From Eledone cirrhosa (Eukaryota), in assembly GCA_964016885.1 (NCBI GenBank), contig OZ024743.1, positions 41,540,001 through 41,604,000 on the forward strand: 64,000 nt of DNA, written 5' to 3'. The translations under genes and the position numbers were made by a program. The notes beneath the pieces were generated by a model. It did no database searches. It saw nothing but the letters and a program-made list of their open reading frames with translations, and was not told the origin of the DNA. This document shows, piece after piece, positions 42,328-58,182 of this stretch (the first letter of the stretch is position 1; each line of letters opens with the position of its first letter).

Positions 42328-45190
42328 TACTTGGGGAGAGTCATATTTGTGTAGTAATATTGCCAGAATTAATAACAGAACACATTCACTGTTTGGTTGG
42401 TTTTCGCTTCTGTGTCACAATAAATAGATGACGAGACAGAGGCACAGTTAACCATAGCTAGAAATAAGATTAGACAAATAGTAGACCGGTATCCTAAGAG
42501 ACAAAGCACACCAGAGGTCCAACAACTTGCGAGGAAACCTGTAGAAGGCTTGGTTAGCCTCAAGCAAAGCACAAGGGATGGTGAGGTAGTATGTCTACCC
42601 ACGGATAAGTCTGATAGGATGTCAATAGACAGCATGCCGAACTACATCAAGGCTATGCAACCCCTCATCACCAACACGAGCCAAATTGCACAGCAAATAC
42701 ATGAGGGGAGAGAGAAAATCCTCAACGCTCACATGATGATGTGAACCTACATCCTAAAGCCAAGCAGATGCACTGCCAACAAATTCAAGGAGTCTAACAA
42801 TGGCATACCACCCTTGTATGGGCTCGACAAAGACCATAATATAGTCAACGACCCGACAACAGGACCACCAACAAGACTTGTATGCGGAGCCAATATAGCT
42901 AGCAACTACAGGATCTCCTACTCCCTCTCAATGGTTATACGCCCCATAATCAAGATGTTCCCAGATGTATGTGACAGTACAGAGGACCTCCTCATCAGAA
43001 TCACTGCAACAAAAACAAAAAAAACCTATCCAACTGCATAATAGGCAGAATGGATGTGGTATCACTGTACCCATACATTAACATGGATTTTGCTGTGGAA
43101 AAATGTGTGGAGATGATCATTGAGAGTGAGGTGGAGTTCTGCGACGTCGACACAGACGAACTGGGCCTCCTACTTAGACTTACCTACGACACTGACTACC
43201 TAGACAGCCATGACCTTAGACGTTTCTGCCCCAGTAGACCCATAAGAGGTAGACCCCCACCATAACCTCAATGGCAAAAAAGACTCCCATGGGAAGGTGG
43301 ATTGGGTGGACCAAAGCTATACGTACCCCCCAAAACAATGATCAGGTAAGAAAAATGGTCGCACATGCAATAGGGGCTAGTATCAAAACTACCCTAAAGG
43401 GCCACATATTCAAATTCAACGAGAAGATCTACACCCAAAATGAGGGAGCAGCTATTGGCGTCAGAATAGCTGGTGACGTTGCCAACCTTTTTATGGTATG
43501 GTGGGAAAGGAGACTCAAAGATCTCCTTGATGAGAGCTCCATAGAACTCATCATGTACTCTCGTTACGTAGACGACATCAATATAGTAATAACGACATCC
43601 CCATAAGAGAGTACTAACAAGTTTGATTTCGAACGTAGCACAATGGAAAGCATCTAGCAGATAGCTAATTCCATACACAAGAGTATAACTGTAACTATCG
43701 ACTATCCTTCCAAACACCCTAACAATAGACTACCTGTATTAGACACGGAACTCTGAACTAACACTATAGACGAGAGAGCCCAAATTCTCCATTCACACTA
43801 CGCTAAACCCATGGTCTCCAAATACCTGATACTCAAAAACTCAACAATGTCCAGTAGTGCTAAGTTTAATATTCCAATCGCAGACTTGGTACGAGTGATG
43901 AAGAACGTGTCCCTCATGTGCGACCCAACAGAAATGGAAAGACATATCTAACACTTCATCAACCGCATGCAGTTCTCTGGCTACAACGGAAGAGACAGAA
44001 TCAGAGTATACGAAGGAGTCACGGAGAAGTATAAGACCCTCATAGAACTGGACATGAAAGGAATTTGCCCATTTTACAGGAGCAAATCATGGAATAGCTT
44101 AGATAGGACTAGACATAAGAAAGGGAAAGCCACCTCATGGCACGACAACCAGAGATACCAGAGTGTCATGTTGTGGACGCTACTCCTGGAGGGAAATTAG
44201 CTAACCAGTGTAGAAAGGCCCTGAGAAAGACCCACTTAAAGATTAAGGTGGTAGAAAAGCCAGGAACCACCATAAAATCCCTGATCAGCAAAACCTACCC
44301 TTTAAAGAAAACCCACTGTACTAATAGGAAATGTATTATATGTAAAGTAAACCCCCGGATAAACTGTAAGACTAGAAACGTAGTCTATACCATAAGATGT
44401 ACAGAGGGTACTTGCAGAAACATGACAACAACATACATAGGCGAGACAGCTCGTAGCATAGGCGAAAGGATAGACCAACACTGGGGGGAACTGAAAGGCC
44501 GAAAAAACGGTTCATTACTATACGAACATGCCAGACAACAACACGACGTTAACATAGACAACATAGAAATTAAAATAATATCTAAACATAGAAATGACCC
44601 AGCAGATAGGCAAATCAGAGAGGCCAGCGAAATAGAACTTAGAAGGCCAAGGCTAAGTAGAAAAAAATGAATGGAATAACAACACCCATACAAACAATAC
44701 TGACCTAAGAGAAGTATAAATACATTAAAACAAAAATAAATACATACACAAGCATAATAACAACAAACACATACAAACACCCACTAGTAAACTAAGATAT
44801 AATACAATAACCAATACACAGTCACCCAAACACAATACACACACACAAACGCATGCGCAGAGAAGAAGGCAAAAATAAATAAATATATAAATACACAGAC
44901 TAAATAAATATGGCGTAGGCATACAATATAACAGGAGGAAACCTAATAGCACCACTGACAATGTTGCAGATGTGCAACGAAAGAACGTTGTTAGACTATA
45001 TATATGTGTTTGTGTCTATATTATATCTGTATTTTTGACCGTTGGTCAGTCAATGGTAATATTGAGGAACGAATAAGTTAAATTAACCGATATAAAAGAC
45101 ACAGAAGCGAAAACCAACCAAACAGTGGGTGTGTTCTGTTATTAATTCTGGCAATATTATTACACAAAGATGACACCCCCCAAGTATAAC
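42324..45190 (+). mobile_element. Penelope-like element with 93 bp inverted pLTR fragment at its 5' end
   Basis: 42324-42416 is the reverse complement of 45098-45190; PTDKS, YGLDKDH, MDVVSLYP, YSRYVDDI (43565), VVYTIRC...YIGETARSIGERIDQH; HHR-like CTGACAA-GTTGCA/TGCAAC-GAAA at 44946-44999. Confidence 0.92.
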
Positions 45191-45534
45191 AATATTTGTT
45201 TCGACACACGATTTCATATCAAAAACCTCGCAAAACTAATATATATATATATAGAATAGAATGAAACGAACTTTCATTTCTCACTCTTAGTACGGCACTT
45301 ATTTAAATGTAAGTATGTATGTATGTATGTATACGTACATACATATATGTATACAGACCTACAGTAGTATGTATATATATACATACATGCACACACATGC
45401 ATATATATATGCACGTATCGGTTTACCGAACATTTATTATAATGCAGTTTGTTCGTTTGAAAACAAACAGCCCCAATTACGCCGGACAGTGTTTAAGCAA
45501 ACACGTCACCTTTTTGTTCAACACTGACACAGGA

Positions 45535-45577
45535 ACGATGTACTAGTTTCAAGCTTATTAGCTATCGTCAGCATCGT
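45535..45577 (-). ncRNA. Minimal type I hammerhead ribozyme
   Basis: ACGATG-CTGACGA-tAGCTaataAGCTt-GAAA-CTAG-TA-CATCGT. Confidence 0.88.
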
Positions 45578-45649
45578 ATACCTTCAGCCGTTAATATGCA
45601 GAAGGTAAGTATATACTTTCAGACGTTCAACCATCTGACAGGAAGGTAT

Positions 45650-45692
45650 ACGATGCTGACGATAGTTACTAAGCTTGAAACTAGTACATCGT
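45650..45692 (+). ncRNA. Minimal type I hammerhead ribozyme
   Basis: ACGATG-CTGACGA-tAGTTactaAGCTt-GAAA-CTAG-TA-CATCGT; palindromic ACTAGT stem III. Confidence 0.88.
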
Positions 45693-45849
45693 TCCTGTGT
45701 CAGTGTTGAACAAAAAGGTGACGTATTTGCCTAAACACTGTACGGCGTAATTCGGGCTGTTTGTTTGTTTACAAAGAAACAAACCGTGGAGCTTTTCAGT
45801 CGAGAAACATAGTCGATATATATTTTATTAAACCCTGTCATAGTATTGA

Positions 45850-46358
<509 letters not shown>

Positions 46359-46871
46359 CCCCTTTCTGAAAGATATCGGGTGTTTTCAGACATAGAAATG
46401 GGCTCAGCCAGGTTTAACATGTTCAGTTGCGCGGTATGGAATCACGAGACACCTACATCTCTACCATATTATAGAAAAAGAAAACAATGAGGGATAAAAT
46501 GAATTTAATTAAAGATGAAACTATTAACAGTGTTTAATTTTAAACTGCTCTATTCGGAAAGTGTGATATTTTCTAAACATGAAATAATTTACTCCATCCC
46601 TATATCCCAGTTTAGAATACCTGATGCAAATATGATGGTAGAAGAATTCTTCGTTTTAGACTTCTCATGTAGAATATACTGCTAGTGCTTTTAGCCTAGA
46701 GTTCTGCAAAATGTCAAAACGCAAGGTATATAAATTCGTCTTCCGTTGTTCGTAACATTCATCTTAATATTAACCACTCTTCAAACATACAACATTGAAA
46801 TGATAGCCCCCCTCACTCTCTCTCTCTCTATCTCACACATTCACACTCTCTTCTATCCATAGCGACTGTAT

Positions 46872-47003
46872 ATTCTTCTTCTTCTTCTTCTTCTTCTTCT
46901 TCTTCTTCTTCTTCTTCTTCTTCTTCTTCTTCTTCTTCTGCTTCTTCTTCTTCTTCTTCTTCTTCTTCTTCTTCTTCTTCTTCTTCTTCTTCTTCTTCTT
47001 CTT
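46872..47003. repeat. (TTC)n microsatellite
   Basis: Direct observation. Confidence 0.95.
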
Positions 47004-47012
47004 TTTTTTTCT

Positions 47013-47131
<119 letters not shown>

Positions 47132-47132
47132 G

Positions 47133-47690
<558 letters not shown>

Positions 47691-48130
47691 CCTCAACATT
47701 AGAGAGATTGCCCAGTACTCGCGACGTTGCTGTCTTTTGCTCTAGTGTTGACTTCGTTGTTCACCCCTTCCTTTGCATTTTCTATAATATTGTAGCATTG
47801 AAGGAATATATCTTTCATTGTATCATCCTTTGTAGTGTTACCGAGGCATTTGTAAGGTGATTTATGTATATATTTAAAATATATTTGTTATGTTATTCTA
47901 CTGTAAATTTATTTATATGTTCTGTTTATATGTTCATTCTCACTACCCTCAAAAATCTTTGAAACTGCGTACATGTTACAACTCTCTCTATATATATATA
48001 TATCACATATACATCTAAACAGAGAAGGGGGGTGTAGAGAGAGAGAGAGAGTGAGATAGGTCGTTATACAGAGAGAGGTACAATATAATCAGACAGAGAG
48101 AGAGAATGGCGACGAACACACAAACACATA

Positions 48131-49098
48131 TCTATATATATAAAGCTGTGGTTGTCTGTCTGTCTATCGATTTTTGGCACACATCTCCTCTTAGAATCTC
48201 TGACGGAATTGCACCGAAATTGCTATACTTGTACATTGAGCCCTAGCAAAGACATCGGAAAAAAAATATTTCAAATTGACCCACCCTATGTGACGAAATC
48301 GAATCTAATGTATCGATTTTTGAGCGTAAGTGACGAGTTATTTCCCTTTGTTCTGTTTACATTGAGCGTCTTACATTTTCTGCGTGCAAAAATTAAAAAA
48401 ATTACGCTGGCTTTCTCAGCGTTTAAAGTGACATTAACACAATACACGAACAGTTGTCGAGCCAGCAAAATTTTGACCTGCAAAATTCATCAGTTCGAAC
48501 ACTAAGCTTCCGTTTTGCTTCATTTCCATTTAAAAGCCTTTTAAAACAATATCTTTACTTGAAAACAAGTCTATTTAAAGACTACGTAAAACAAGCAAAT
48601 ATTTCGTAAAAAAAAGCAAAAATTATTTAAGTTTATTTAAAATGTATGTATCTGTAAATTTCGTTAGGCGTGCAGACAGACAGTCGTGCAGAGAGGTGAT
48701 ATACGCGTGCCGACAGATAGTCGTGCAGAGAGGTGATATAGGCGTGCAGACAGACAGTCGTGCAGAGAGGTGATATAGGCGTGCAGACAGACATAACTGA
48801 TAATTTGGTTACGCTAATGTTTTTCTCTGCGTTGCAGTGTTTACATTTTCGATCTTTGTTAATAAATAACCAGTGCAGTTTTTAACCCCAGCATCCTCTT
48901 TTGTTATAACATTCGGGTTATCGTTATGTTTTCTTAACTTCATAAGGCATATTGTTGGTTGAGGGAATATTAATCAAAAACACCACATGCAAGTCTGCAC
49001 AGTAGACACTACAGTTTTTAAGCCAAAAAAGAAACTTAACATTGTAACTTTAACACAGCTACTGAGCGACCCCGAGCAACGCCGGGCTTTACTGCTAG
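48131..49098 (+). mobile_element. Non-autonomous Helitron
   Basis: 5' A|TCTATATATATAAAG-(GTCT)n; 3' CCCG-AGCAACGC-CGGG hairpin then CTAG|T; internal 37 bp x3.5 minisatellite at 48666-48793. Confidence 0.8.
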
Positions 49099-49759
49099 TA
49101 TATATATATAAAGACATAGAGAGATAAGGAGAGTTGGGGGTATGTGTGAGAGAGAGATAAAGAAAGAAAGTTTAAGCAAAGAATCGCGGCTTTCAACATT
49201 AACGGGATCTTCTTAAACTAATAAATTCAATCTGTGAACGCAGAATTAAATATTTCGAGAAACGTTGCAACCGAAGAAAAACAGGAAGACGATATTTTGG
49301 TTCGTGAAGACGTTCCCTGGTAATGAACGCAAAAAAGCGAGGATAATACGTCGTTATGTGGATCGTGAAGAACAAGTTCATGCAAAGACAAGACCAAGTT
49401 TATGGTGTAAATGGAATCGTTAGACTAATATTCTATTTAAAATAACCGAATGATTTCCAGCCCCGGATTTTAAGAATGATGTAAATAAAATTGTAAACGA
49501 AAATGACAGAGATTATTAAAATAGTTGTTTCTACTTTTGGCACAAGGCCAGCAATTACTCAGTACATTACTGGTACTTTATTTTATCGATCCCGTAATGA
49601 TGAAAGGCAAAGTTAACCTCGACGGGATTTTAACTTTGCCTTAAAATAGTAGAAGTAAACAGTGAAGATTTAGGCCAGTACATACGTATGCGCCGACGGA
49701 CATACACATACATATACATACGCATACACAAATACACACGCACACATCACGCGCGCGTG

Positions 49760-50197
49760 TGTGTGTAAATCTTATGCATTTCTACAGTATTTTCAACAAA
49801 CTTAAGACATGGGTTACTTATGTACTCAGGATGGTCATGGGCACTTTCATTTTTCCAGTTATTGATTATAGGGCCTCCCGGCAGATAATCCCCTTTAACC
49901 GCTTCCTTGGAGTCGACTGAAGCACTGCAGTGCAATGCAACAAAACGCCATAACTTCTGGAGTTCGCAACCGATTTTCAGAAAACTTGACACATGGGCTA
50001 CGTTTGTTCTCCAGATGAATGTGAACTCTCAGAATTGGCTCATATTGAGTAGGGGACCCCAGGGGGCAGGAACCCCCTTTTGGGAAGAGTCGATGATTTT
50101 GTAAAAGTATAGTTTTCCAAGCAGCACTGAAGTATTGACATAAATGGTATACATAACTGGTATTTAATACCCGAGTAACGCTGGGTACCTCTGTTAG
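49760..50197 (+). mobile_element. Helitron-like element (3' end recognisable)
   Basis: TACCCGAGTAACGCTGGGTA hairpin followed by GTTAG|T. Confidence 0.5.
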
Positions 50198-50609
50198 TAT
50201 ATTATATATATGTATGTATTTATATATGTATGTCTGTTTGGGAGTGTGAGTCTGTGTGACAAGGTGGCATACAAAGGCAGTGAGAATTCCCAAAAATGGC
50301 TGACTGAACAAACAAGTGCTTTTTCTCAAAAATGTTTTTTTCATTTTCTTCATCTTGTCACTCTCTAACTTCCTAGTTCATCTTTTATTTCTCATTCTAT
50401 CTCCTCATGAAGGTCAAGTTTCCGAAACGTGAAGAATCTTGTACTACATCAAGCATTAAACTAATACATTTCTTTATAGTATTGCGTGTTGTTTTACACA
50501 CACACACACAGAGTCACACACAGTCAGACACCACACTTGCCTCACACACACACAACTCACCTATATATACATATATATATATATATATATAAATATATAT
50601 ATATATATG

Positions 50610-50696
<87 letters not shown>

Positions 50697-50988
50697 TTAT
50701 ATATGTAAGTATATGCGTATGTCTATATATATATATAAATATGTATATGTATATGTGTATGTGAGTATGTATGTGTGTATGTATGTATGTATATCTGTAT
50801 GCATGCATATCGGTAGGTATATATATATATGTATTTTTTTTTTCTTTACTCCATAACCTTACGTTCTGTATCAGTGTGTATATTTTTCCCGTTATTATAT
50901 TTCTTATCTTTATTTTATTATACATCAACCTCGCTTTCAATAGTAATAGCCTATACTTTTAAATTCATATCCTACGTCCATATTGAAT

Positions 50989-51061
50989 TTTCATTCTGAT
51001 GAACGATTTCAGACGTCTCTGTTGAGCTTGTCTGTTTTTGTGAAACCTTTGGTGAATGGAA
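50989..51061 (+). ncRNA. Type I HHR, probably inactivated (GUG at cleavage site)
   Basis: TTTCATT-CTGATGA-ACGA..CAGAC..GTCTG..TTGT-GAAA-CCTTTGG-TG-AATGGAA; ~30 bp before (TA)n. Confidence 0.6.
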
Positions 51062-51085
51062 TAATTGTCTTATGCTGTTTATTAC

Positions 51086-51209
<124 letters not shown>

Positions 51210-51401
51210 TCAACTAAAACAGTGATTATTTACTTGTATATACATATGACACAAATAAGAAGTGACTATACGTATGCATGAAATACGTAAATACATAAAG
51301 GTGTTTTATATTATATTTGCCTAGTTAAGTGGTTTGAGGATAAAACCTACTGATTGTGAGAATTCAACTAGGAAACACTCATGTCTATCCCCTTACTTTG
51401 T

Positions 51402-51440
<39 letters not shown>

Positions 51441-51526
51441 GGAGGAGGTGAGTTTTATTGTAGTACAATGTTGATTTAAAACTGCACTATTCACAAGTGT
51501 TTTTTAACCTTCATACCATGTCTTCC

Positions 51527-51597
51527 TATTTTATCTGATGAAAACACAAATGTTATTGCATGATGATATTTGTTTTTGAAATGCGCATAATAAAATA
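51527..51597 (+). ncRNA. Type I hammerhead ribozyme in solo pLTR (~51468-51632)
   Basis: Same family as 24634-24700; TATTTTAT/ATAAAATA stem I, intact core. Confidence 0.85.
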
Positions 51598-51627
51598 CAT
51601 GGAACTCTTTTAACCATCTTTTGATCT

Positions 51628-51658
<31 letters not shown>

Positions 51659-52595
51659 AACTCCATATATTGAACCAATTGATTGATTTGCGCGAACAAA
51701 ATAACACCAAACACATATTGAACTAGGAATATTGGATCCTCGGTCAATGTCCGGGTGAGCAAAAATTGACTTCTATCTGCATTGGAATTTACAAACTTGT
51801 GCATCTGCTGTGGTGTCAAAAACAAACGCACATGACCGCACAGATAAACAATGAACCATGCCACGTGGCTTGAACCCGTAAGTGAATTGAAGGTTCTGCA
51901 ACTCTGATACACATATTGTTTATTATTTATTATTAAGATGTATAAACTGGACACAACTGTTATCATCCTATATTCTCTCAACGAATCACACTTGATCATA
52001 TTTCTCTATCCTGTTTTCTCCCCCCATAATTATTATATTTTTATTAATTTTATTATTTTTTATTATTGTTTGAAAAAAATCGGTTTTTTTACATTGTGTT
52101 TTCCCCTCCAAATATTCGCTTATATTTCCTTATATATTCTCTATATATTTTTTATCTTTAGTATTATTTCCACTTTTATCCTCCTTTATATTTTACCTTA
52201 TTCTTACCTTTACACCTTATTATAGTGTAATCTTCCCCATGCCTTATTATACACTATTAATTATAGATTATTATTATTACTCTTCTTCCATTTCTAATTA
52301 CCTCATGTACCTTCTCCTCCGCTATATGTATATATGTATTCTACGCCCTTCGTGTTTGCGTAGCCTCTGCGCACCCTCTGCACCATACTACCCACGCCAC
52401 CCCATCTATGGTTCAGCTAACCACCCGACCCCCGGGAATGAATATGACCGCAGCTAGTAAACAAGGACCAACACCCCACCCTCCCGCACCAAAATTAGAC
52501 TTATCGTCCCCTACTTTTGCTCTTTACTCTCTCTACCCTTTGTTCTTGGGTGTTTGGTTGGTAGAGTCCATAACACCAATCAATCCCCTTTTATA

Positions 52596-52642
52596 GCTCT
52601 GATGAATCCTACGGTTACACGTAAGGAAGAAACATTGTTAGC
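52596..52642 (+). ncRNA. Type I hammerhead ribozyme at the 3' end of a (TA)n-bounded ~1 kb insert
   Basis: GCT-CTGATGA-aTCCTACG gttaca CGTAaGGAa-GAAA-CATTG-TT-AGC. Confidence 0.75.
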
Positions 52643-52683
52643 CAATAAAACTCTTTTGATGTTGTAGACGCTCTTGTGTTCTT

Positions 52684-52846
<163 letters not shown>

Positions 52847-53433
52847 AGTGTGTGTGTGTGACATAGGTATGCATCTGTATATATATGTTGGTAGATATAC
52901 TAATTTTTTATAATTATCTCCAAATTATTTTGTTAAACAAATATTTACCAAAACTGCTACTATAGTTCAAATTAATGGCTCGGCTACTGTCTTTTTAATA
53001 CCCCACTCCTCACTGATTAACCACGATGTCACGTGATTGATTTTTTTGAATTTGCCATCGACCAAGTAGGCAGTGATTTTTTCAATGTCTTGGAATTTAC
53101 TCCACGCTTGCTTTTTTAAATCCACTGAATTATGTTTGTATAAGTTCCCTGTGTACACGCATCGCCTGGTAACTAAGCTGAGAACATACTCCTGATGACG
53201 AAACGGGTTCTCCATGCTTTCCATTCGGAAACCATGTTTATTCCCTTTCAGAAACTAATTAGTTGGAGTGAAATTTTAGTAAGTAAGTTATTTTTTATAA
53301 TTTTCTTATTTTACGTCTTTCATATAATTGTTCTGCATCCCTTGCATTGAACCACAACGTTACTAAGACAAAACCTATATATTTGCTAGCATAGGTATGC
53401 ATATGTATATATATGTTGGTAGATATAATAATT

Positions 53434-53546
<113 letters not shown>

Positions 53547-54278
53547 GATCAACTGACCATATTTGTTGTGAAATTAGCGTGTGTATGGCTGAGAATTTGA
53601 CAAATACATGTACCCTTAATGTCATTCAATGTCAGAATCAGAGTGACACAATATATTACACACTTAGACATTTTAATTACAATAATATTCTCTCTGGTGA
53701 TCTTCCATGAAGTTCCCGTCTCCTAAATTTCAGTCAGAAGTCGTATATCATCTTTTGCTAAGGTAAACTCAACTTATGTATAATTCAGGGAGTGAGATCG
53801 AAACCATAATCATATGATTACGAACCAAAAGTTTGCCCCAGTCATAAATTATTTCATAATTACCTATGTGTAAACACATATTCCTTCTTAGGTGTTATCT
53901 CCGAAGCTCTGAAAAGGGAGTTTAGGGATTTGTACTTTCCTCACTGATAAATCTGAAAAAGAAATAAGTAGAAAACAACGAATATGCGTTAAAATGTTAG
54001 TGTATATACATAGGCGCCTTTTTCACATACAAACCGAGAAGCAGTGCATATCTCGATAGACCATCACTAGCGATAAGCAAGATCCGATGAGGATTAATTA
54101 AACAGGAAATGATAAATGTATACTGCATCACATTCCTCAAGAATTTGATATGTATCATTAAGTTTTAGATTTTAGTGATATTATATATAAATAAAGTGGC
54201 ATATGTAATACTACCACATCTATCTATATATAAATATTTACATACATACACACATACGTAAGTACCTAACTACATTCT

Positions 54279-54349
<71 letters not shown>

Positions 54350-54682
54350 CTGTGAATGAATGAGTGTGTGCGTCTGTGTGTGAGTCTGTGTGTGTTTGTG
54401 TGTAATAAAAAATCAGTGGATAATTAAAAGGGAAATAGCAAAGCAGTGTTGTATATATTATGAGAGCTTATATATTATTTATTTTTGTTCATAGACGGAA
54501 CAAAAAGCGCCACCTAACGTTTCAAGTTCCAATTATGACCATCTCCTCATATCTTGTATGATGCTGGACAGTGGAAGGGGGTTCACATTTATGACCAACC
54601 AATCAAGCGATTGGATGAGTCTTATGATACCGTTAACAAATATATCGTCTTAAACGCTTCATTGTGAAAGAAATATATATTA

Positions 54683-57600
54683 CTAGCAGAATGGCCCGGC
54701 GTTGCTCGGGATTTGCTCTAGGGTGCTTATATATTTGATATATATTTATCCTTATCGAGCCTCGTGAAATAAATACGTTTGTATATGTTTTGTTATTGTG
54801 TATACAAAAATATATGTCCATGAATATATAATTATATATATAAAACGAAATAACAGATTAAAGTTTAACCAAAGAATCACTGCTTTCACATTTAACGGGA
54901 TCTTTTAAAACTAAAAAAAATCAATCTCTGAATGCAGAAAATGAATCGCTGCTTTCACACTTAACGGGATATTCTACCTACAAGCAGTATGAAGTACACT
55001 AAGACTAACTGATGTATTCTTTGGCCTTGTTTGTTTATATTTTGTTTTTGTGTATGCAAAAATATCTGTACACGAATATCTATATTAAAATAACATATTA
55101 ATGTTTAAGCAAAGAATCGCTGCTTTCAACCTTAGCGGGATCTTCTTAAACTAAAATAAATCAATCCTTAAAACAGGAAGACGATACTTTGGTTCGTGAA
55201 GACGTTCCCTGGCATAAGAATATATATACACACACACACACTGATCGCGTCATAATAACGTAATGCAGACAGTCAGGCAAACAGACATATATTATGAAGG
55301 CGCGACGTCATATCTATGTATCTATCTAAAAAGAGAAAGACTAAGAGAAAGAGAAAGAGATCGCTAAATCGCCTAATGCGGTCCCTAGGGTATTGAAAAT
55401 TTGAATTTTTCTTTGCTCAGAAAACTCAATAGGACCATAAGTATTACATGTGTAAAGTTTGAAAAAAATGGTTGGGTATTTCTCGCGTTTTAGGGAAACA
55501 GACACACAGACAGACATCCTCTGTTTTATATATATAGACTAGCAGAATGGCCCGGCGTTACTCGGGATTTGCTCTAGGGTTCTCATATATTTGATATATA
55601 TTTATCCTTATTGAGCCTCGTGAAATAAATACGTTTATTTACATTTTGTTATTGTGTATGCAAAAATATCTGTACACGAATATATAATTATATATATATA
55701 TCTATACTAGCAGAATGGCCCGGCGTTGCTCGGGATTTGCTATAGGGTTCTTATATATTTGATATATATTTATCCTTATCGAACCTCGTGAAATAGAAAC
55801 GTTTGTTTATATTTTGTTATTGTGTATGCAAAAATATCTGTCCATAAATATATAATTATATATATATATATATATTAAAATAACAGACTAAAGTTTAAGC
55901 AAATAATCACTGCTTTCTCCCTTAACGGGATATTCTACCTAAAAGCAGTATGAAGTACATACACTAAGACTAATTGATGTAATTTTTTGGCCTTGTTTGT
56001 TTATATTTTGTTTTTGTGTATGCACAAATATCTGTACACGAATATCTATATTAAAATAATATATTAATGTTTAAGCAAAGAATCGCTGCTTTCAACCTTA
56101 ACGGATCTTCTTAAACTAAAAAAATCAATCTGGAAAACAGGAAGACGATACTTTGGTTCGTGAAGACGTTCCCTGGCATGAGAATATATATACGCACACA
56201 CACTGATCGCGTCATAATGACGTAATGCAGACAGTCAGGCATACAGACAGATGTTATGAAGGCGCGACGTCATATCTATGTATCTATCTAAAAAGAGAAA
56301 GACTAAGAGAAAGAGAAAGAGATCGCTAAATCGCCTAATGCGGTCCCTAGGGTATTGAAAATTTGAATTTTTCTTTGCTCAGAAAACTCAATAGGACCAT
56401 AAGTATTACATGTGTAAAGTTTGAAAAAAACCGGTTGGGTACTTCTCGAGTTTTAGGGAAACAGACATACAGACATCCTCTGTTTTATATATATAGATAT
56501 CTAAAATAGCGAATGTCTGTGTGTCTGTCTGTCAGCTCACTAAAACTTGAGAACCACCTAACCGAATGTTTTCAAACTGTACACATATAATACGTATGGC
56601 CCTGTGAGTGTTTTGAGCAAAACATATTTCAAATGTTCAATGCCCTAGGGAGCGCATTAGGCGACTTAGCGATCGCTCTCTGTAATTATTAGTCTTTCTT
56701 TTTAGATAGATACATAGCAATAACGTTGCGCCCCTATACTATCTGTGTGTATGTCTGGCTGTCTGCATTACGTCATTATGACGCGATCAGTGTGTGTTTG
56801 TATATATATGTATCGTAATGCAGACATCAAGACATATAGCCTTCCTTCCCCTCTTTCAGCGTCTCTCTCTCTCCCGCTATCCCCCTCTTTTAGTCTGTCT
56901 GTTTCTTTCACCCTCACTCTTTATCTTTATAACTCACTCACATTAATACTAAAGGGTTAAGGTATTGTTCTCAAAATAAATAATATTAAATCTATGAGAT
57001 TTTTATATTATGTGAGATAAAGCCTTTACCATGAACATAATATACTATATATAGAGTAATGTAAATGCTAAAGGGTTAATTCCATCAGACCATGTGAGAG
57101 AGTTTATAATCACTCACGCACACATACACAATCACGCATGCAAACGCACACAATTTCACACACAAGCGCGCGCACGTACACACACACGCAACAGTTATTC
57201 CACTGTCATGTATCTTTGACGCATACAACTCTCAAAAGTCGGCGTCTGTCACTCTCTCTCTCTCTCCCACTATCCCCCTCTGTTAGTCTGTCACTGTCAC
57301 TCTTTCTCTCTGTAACTCGTTCACATTTCTCCCCTCTATCGAAAAACGCTGTGACGAATGGGGAGAAGGAGGAGGAGGAGTAGAGAGCCACTTCTTCACT
57401 TCGCCTCTCCGTTTCTTTCTCTCCCCTCTCACTCCCTCATTATGTACAGACATTGGCCACTTCACTAATTCGATCCCTAGGTCAAAATAATTTGACATTG
57501 TTTTTGCTCAAAACACTTCCGGGGCCATACGGGTTTCATGTGTAAAGTTTGAAAAAAGATGGTTTGGTACTTCTCGAGTTTTAGGTAATCAGACACACAG

Positions 57601-58182
57601 ACAGACACCCTCTGTCTTATATATATAGACTAGCAGAAACCTACCCGGTGGGCGGTTTTCTGCTAGCAAATCTAGTGTATATACTGATATTGTTGAGATT
57701 TGGATGATAAATGTTTTCGGCACCACATGTTCACCGTCTCTCGGTGTGTCTTTTATGCATGTATAAATATATATGTTATCTATACGGTGAAATCTTTGAA
57801 ATAAATATATGTTAAAAGGAAAAAGGAGAAAAAGAGATTAGTGACGGAAATATAAACGTTATGATACATAAACGTTATGATATAACGATGGAAATATATC
57901 TTCAAATGGTCCTTGGCATGGTGTCAAGTCAGAACCGCCTCGAACTGCTTCCTTCTGGCTTGTGCAAGGTGTCTCTATAGCAACCAGCGATTCCCTCGGC
58001 CTCAGTGACCAAAGTCAGTGGAGAGGGGAAGGTAATGTTTCTATAGCGACAGTGTTTCTCTTGGTAGTACCAACGTAGAGAAAGGAAGGGGAAGGTAATA
58101 TTTCTGTAGCACATACATTTGAGTTTTAGGGAAGGACAGACTGACAGACAGACAGACAAACAGAGAAATGCCCATATATGTC

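Larger units (their letters stand above)
45447..45786. mobile_element. Fold-back element (~140 bp arms) with an intact HHR in each arm
   Basis: 45447-45585 mirrors 45642-45786. Confidence 0.85.

Noticed and set aside
50400-50436. CTCATGA...GAAACGTG degenerate HHR
   Set aside because: Core and cleavage site mutated; only suggestive of an old pLTR
53190-53212. CTGATGACGAAAC hammerhead-like boxes
   Set aside because: No stem II and no stem I/NUH arrangement; likely chance
52967-53224. 85 aa minus ORF in unique sequence (possible host exon)
   Set aside because: No recognisable domain and no convincing splice sites
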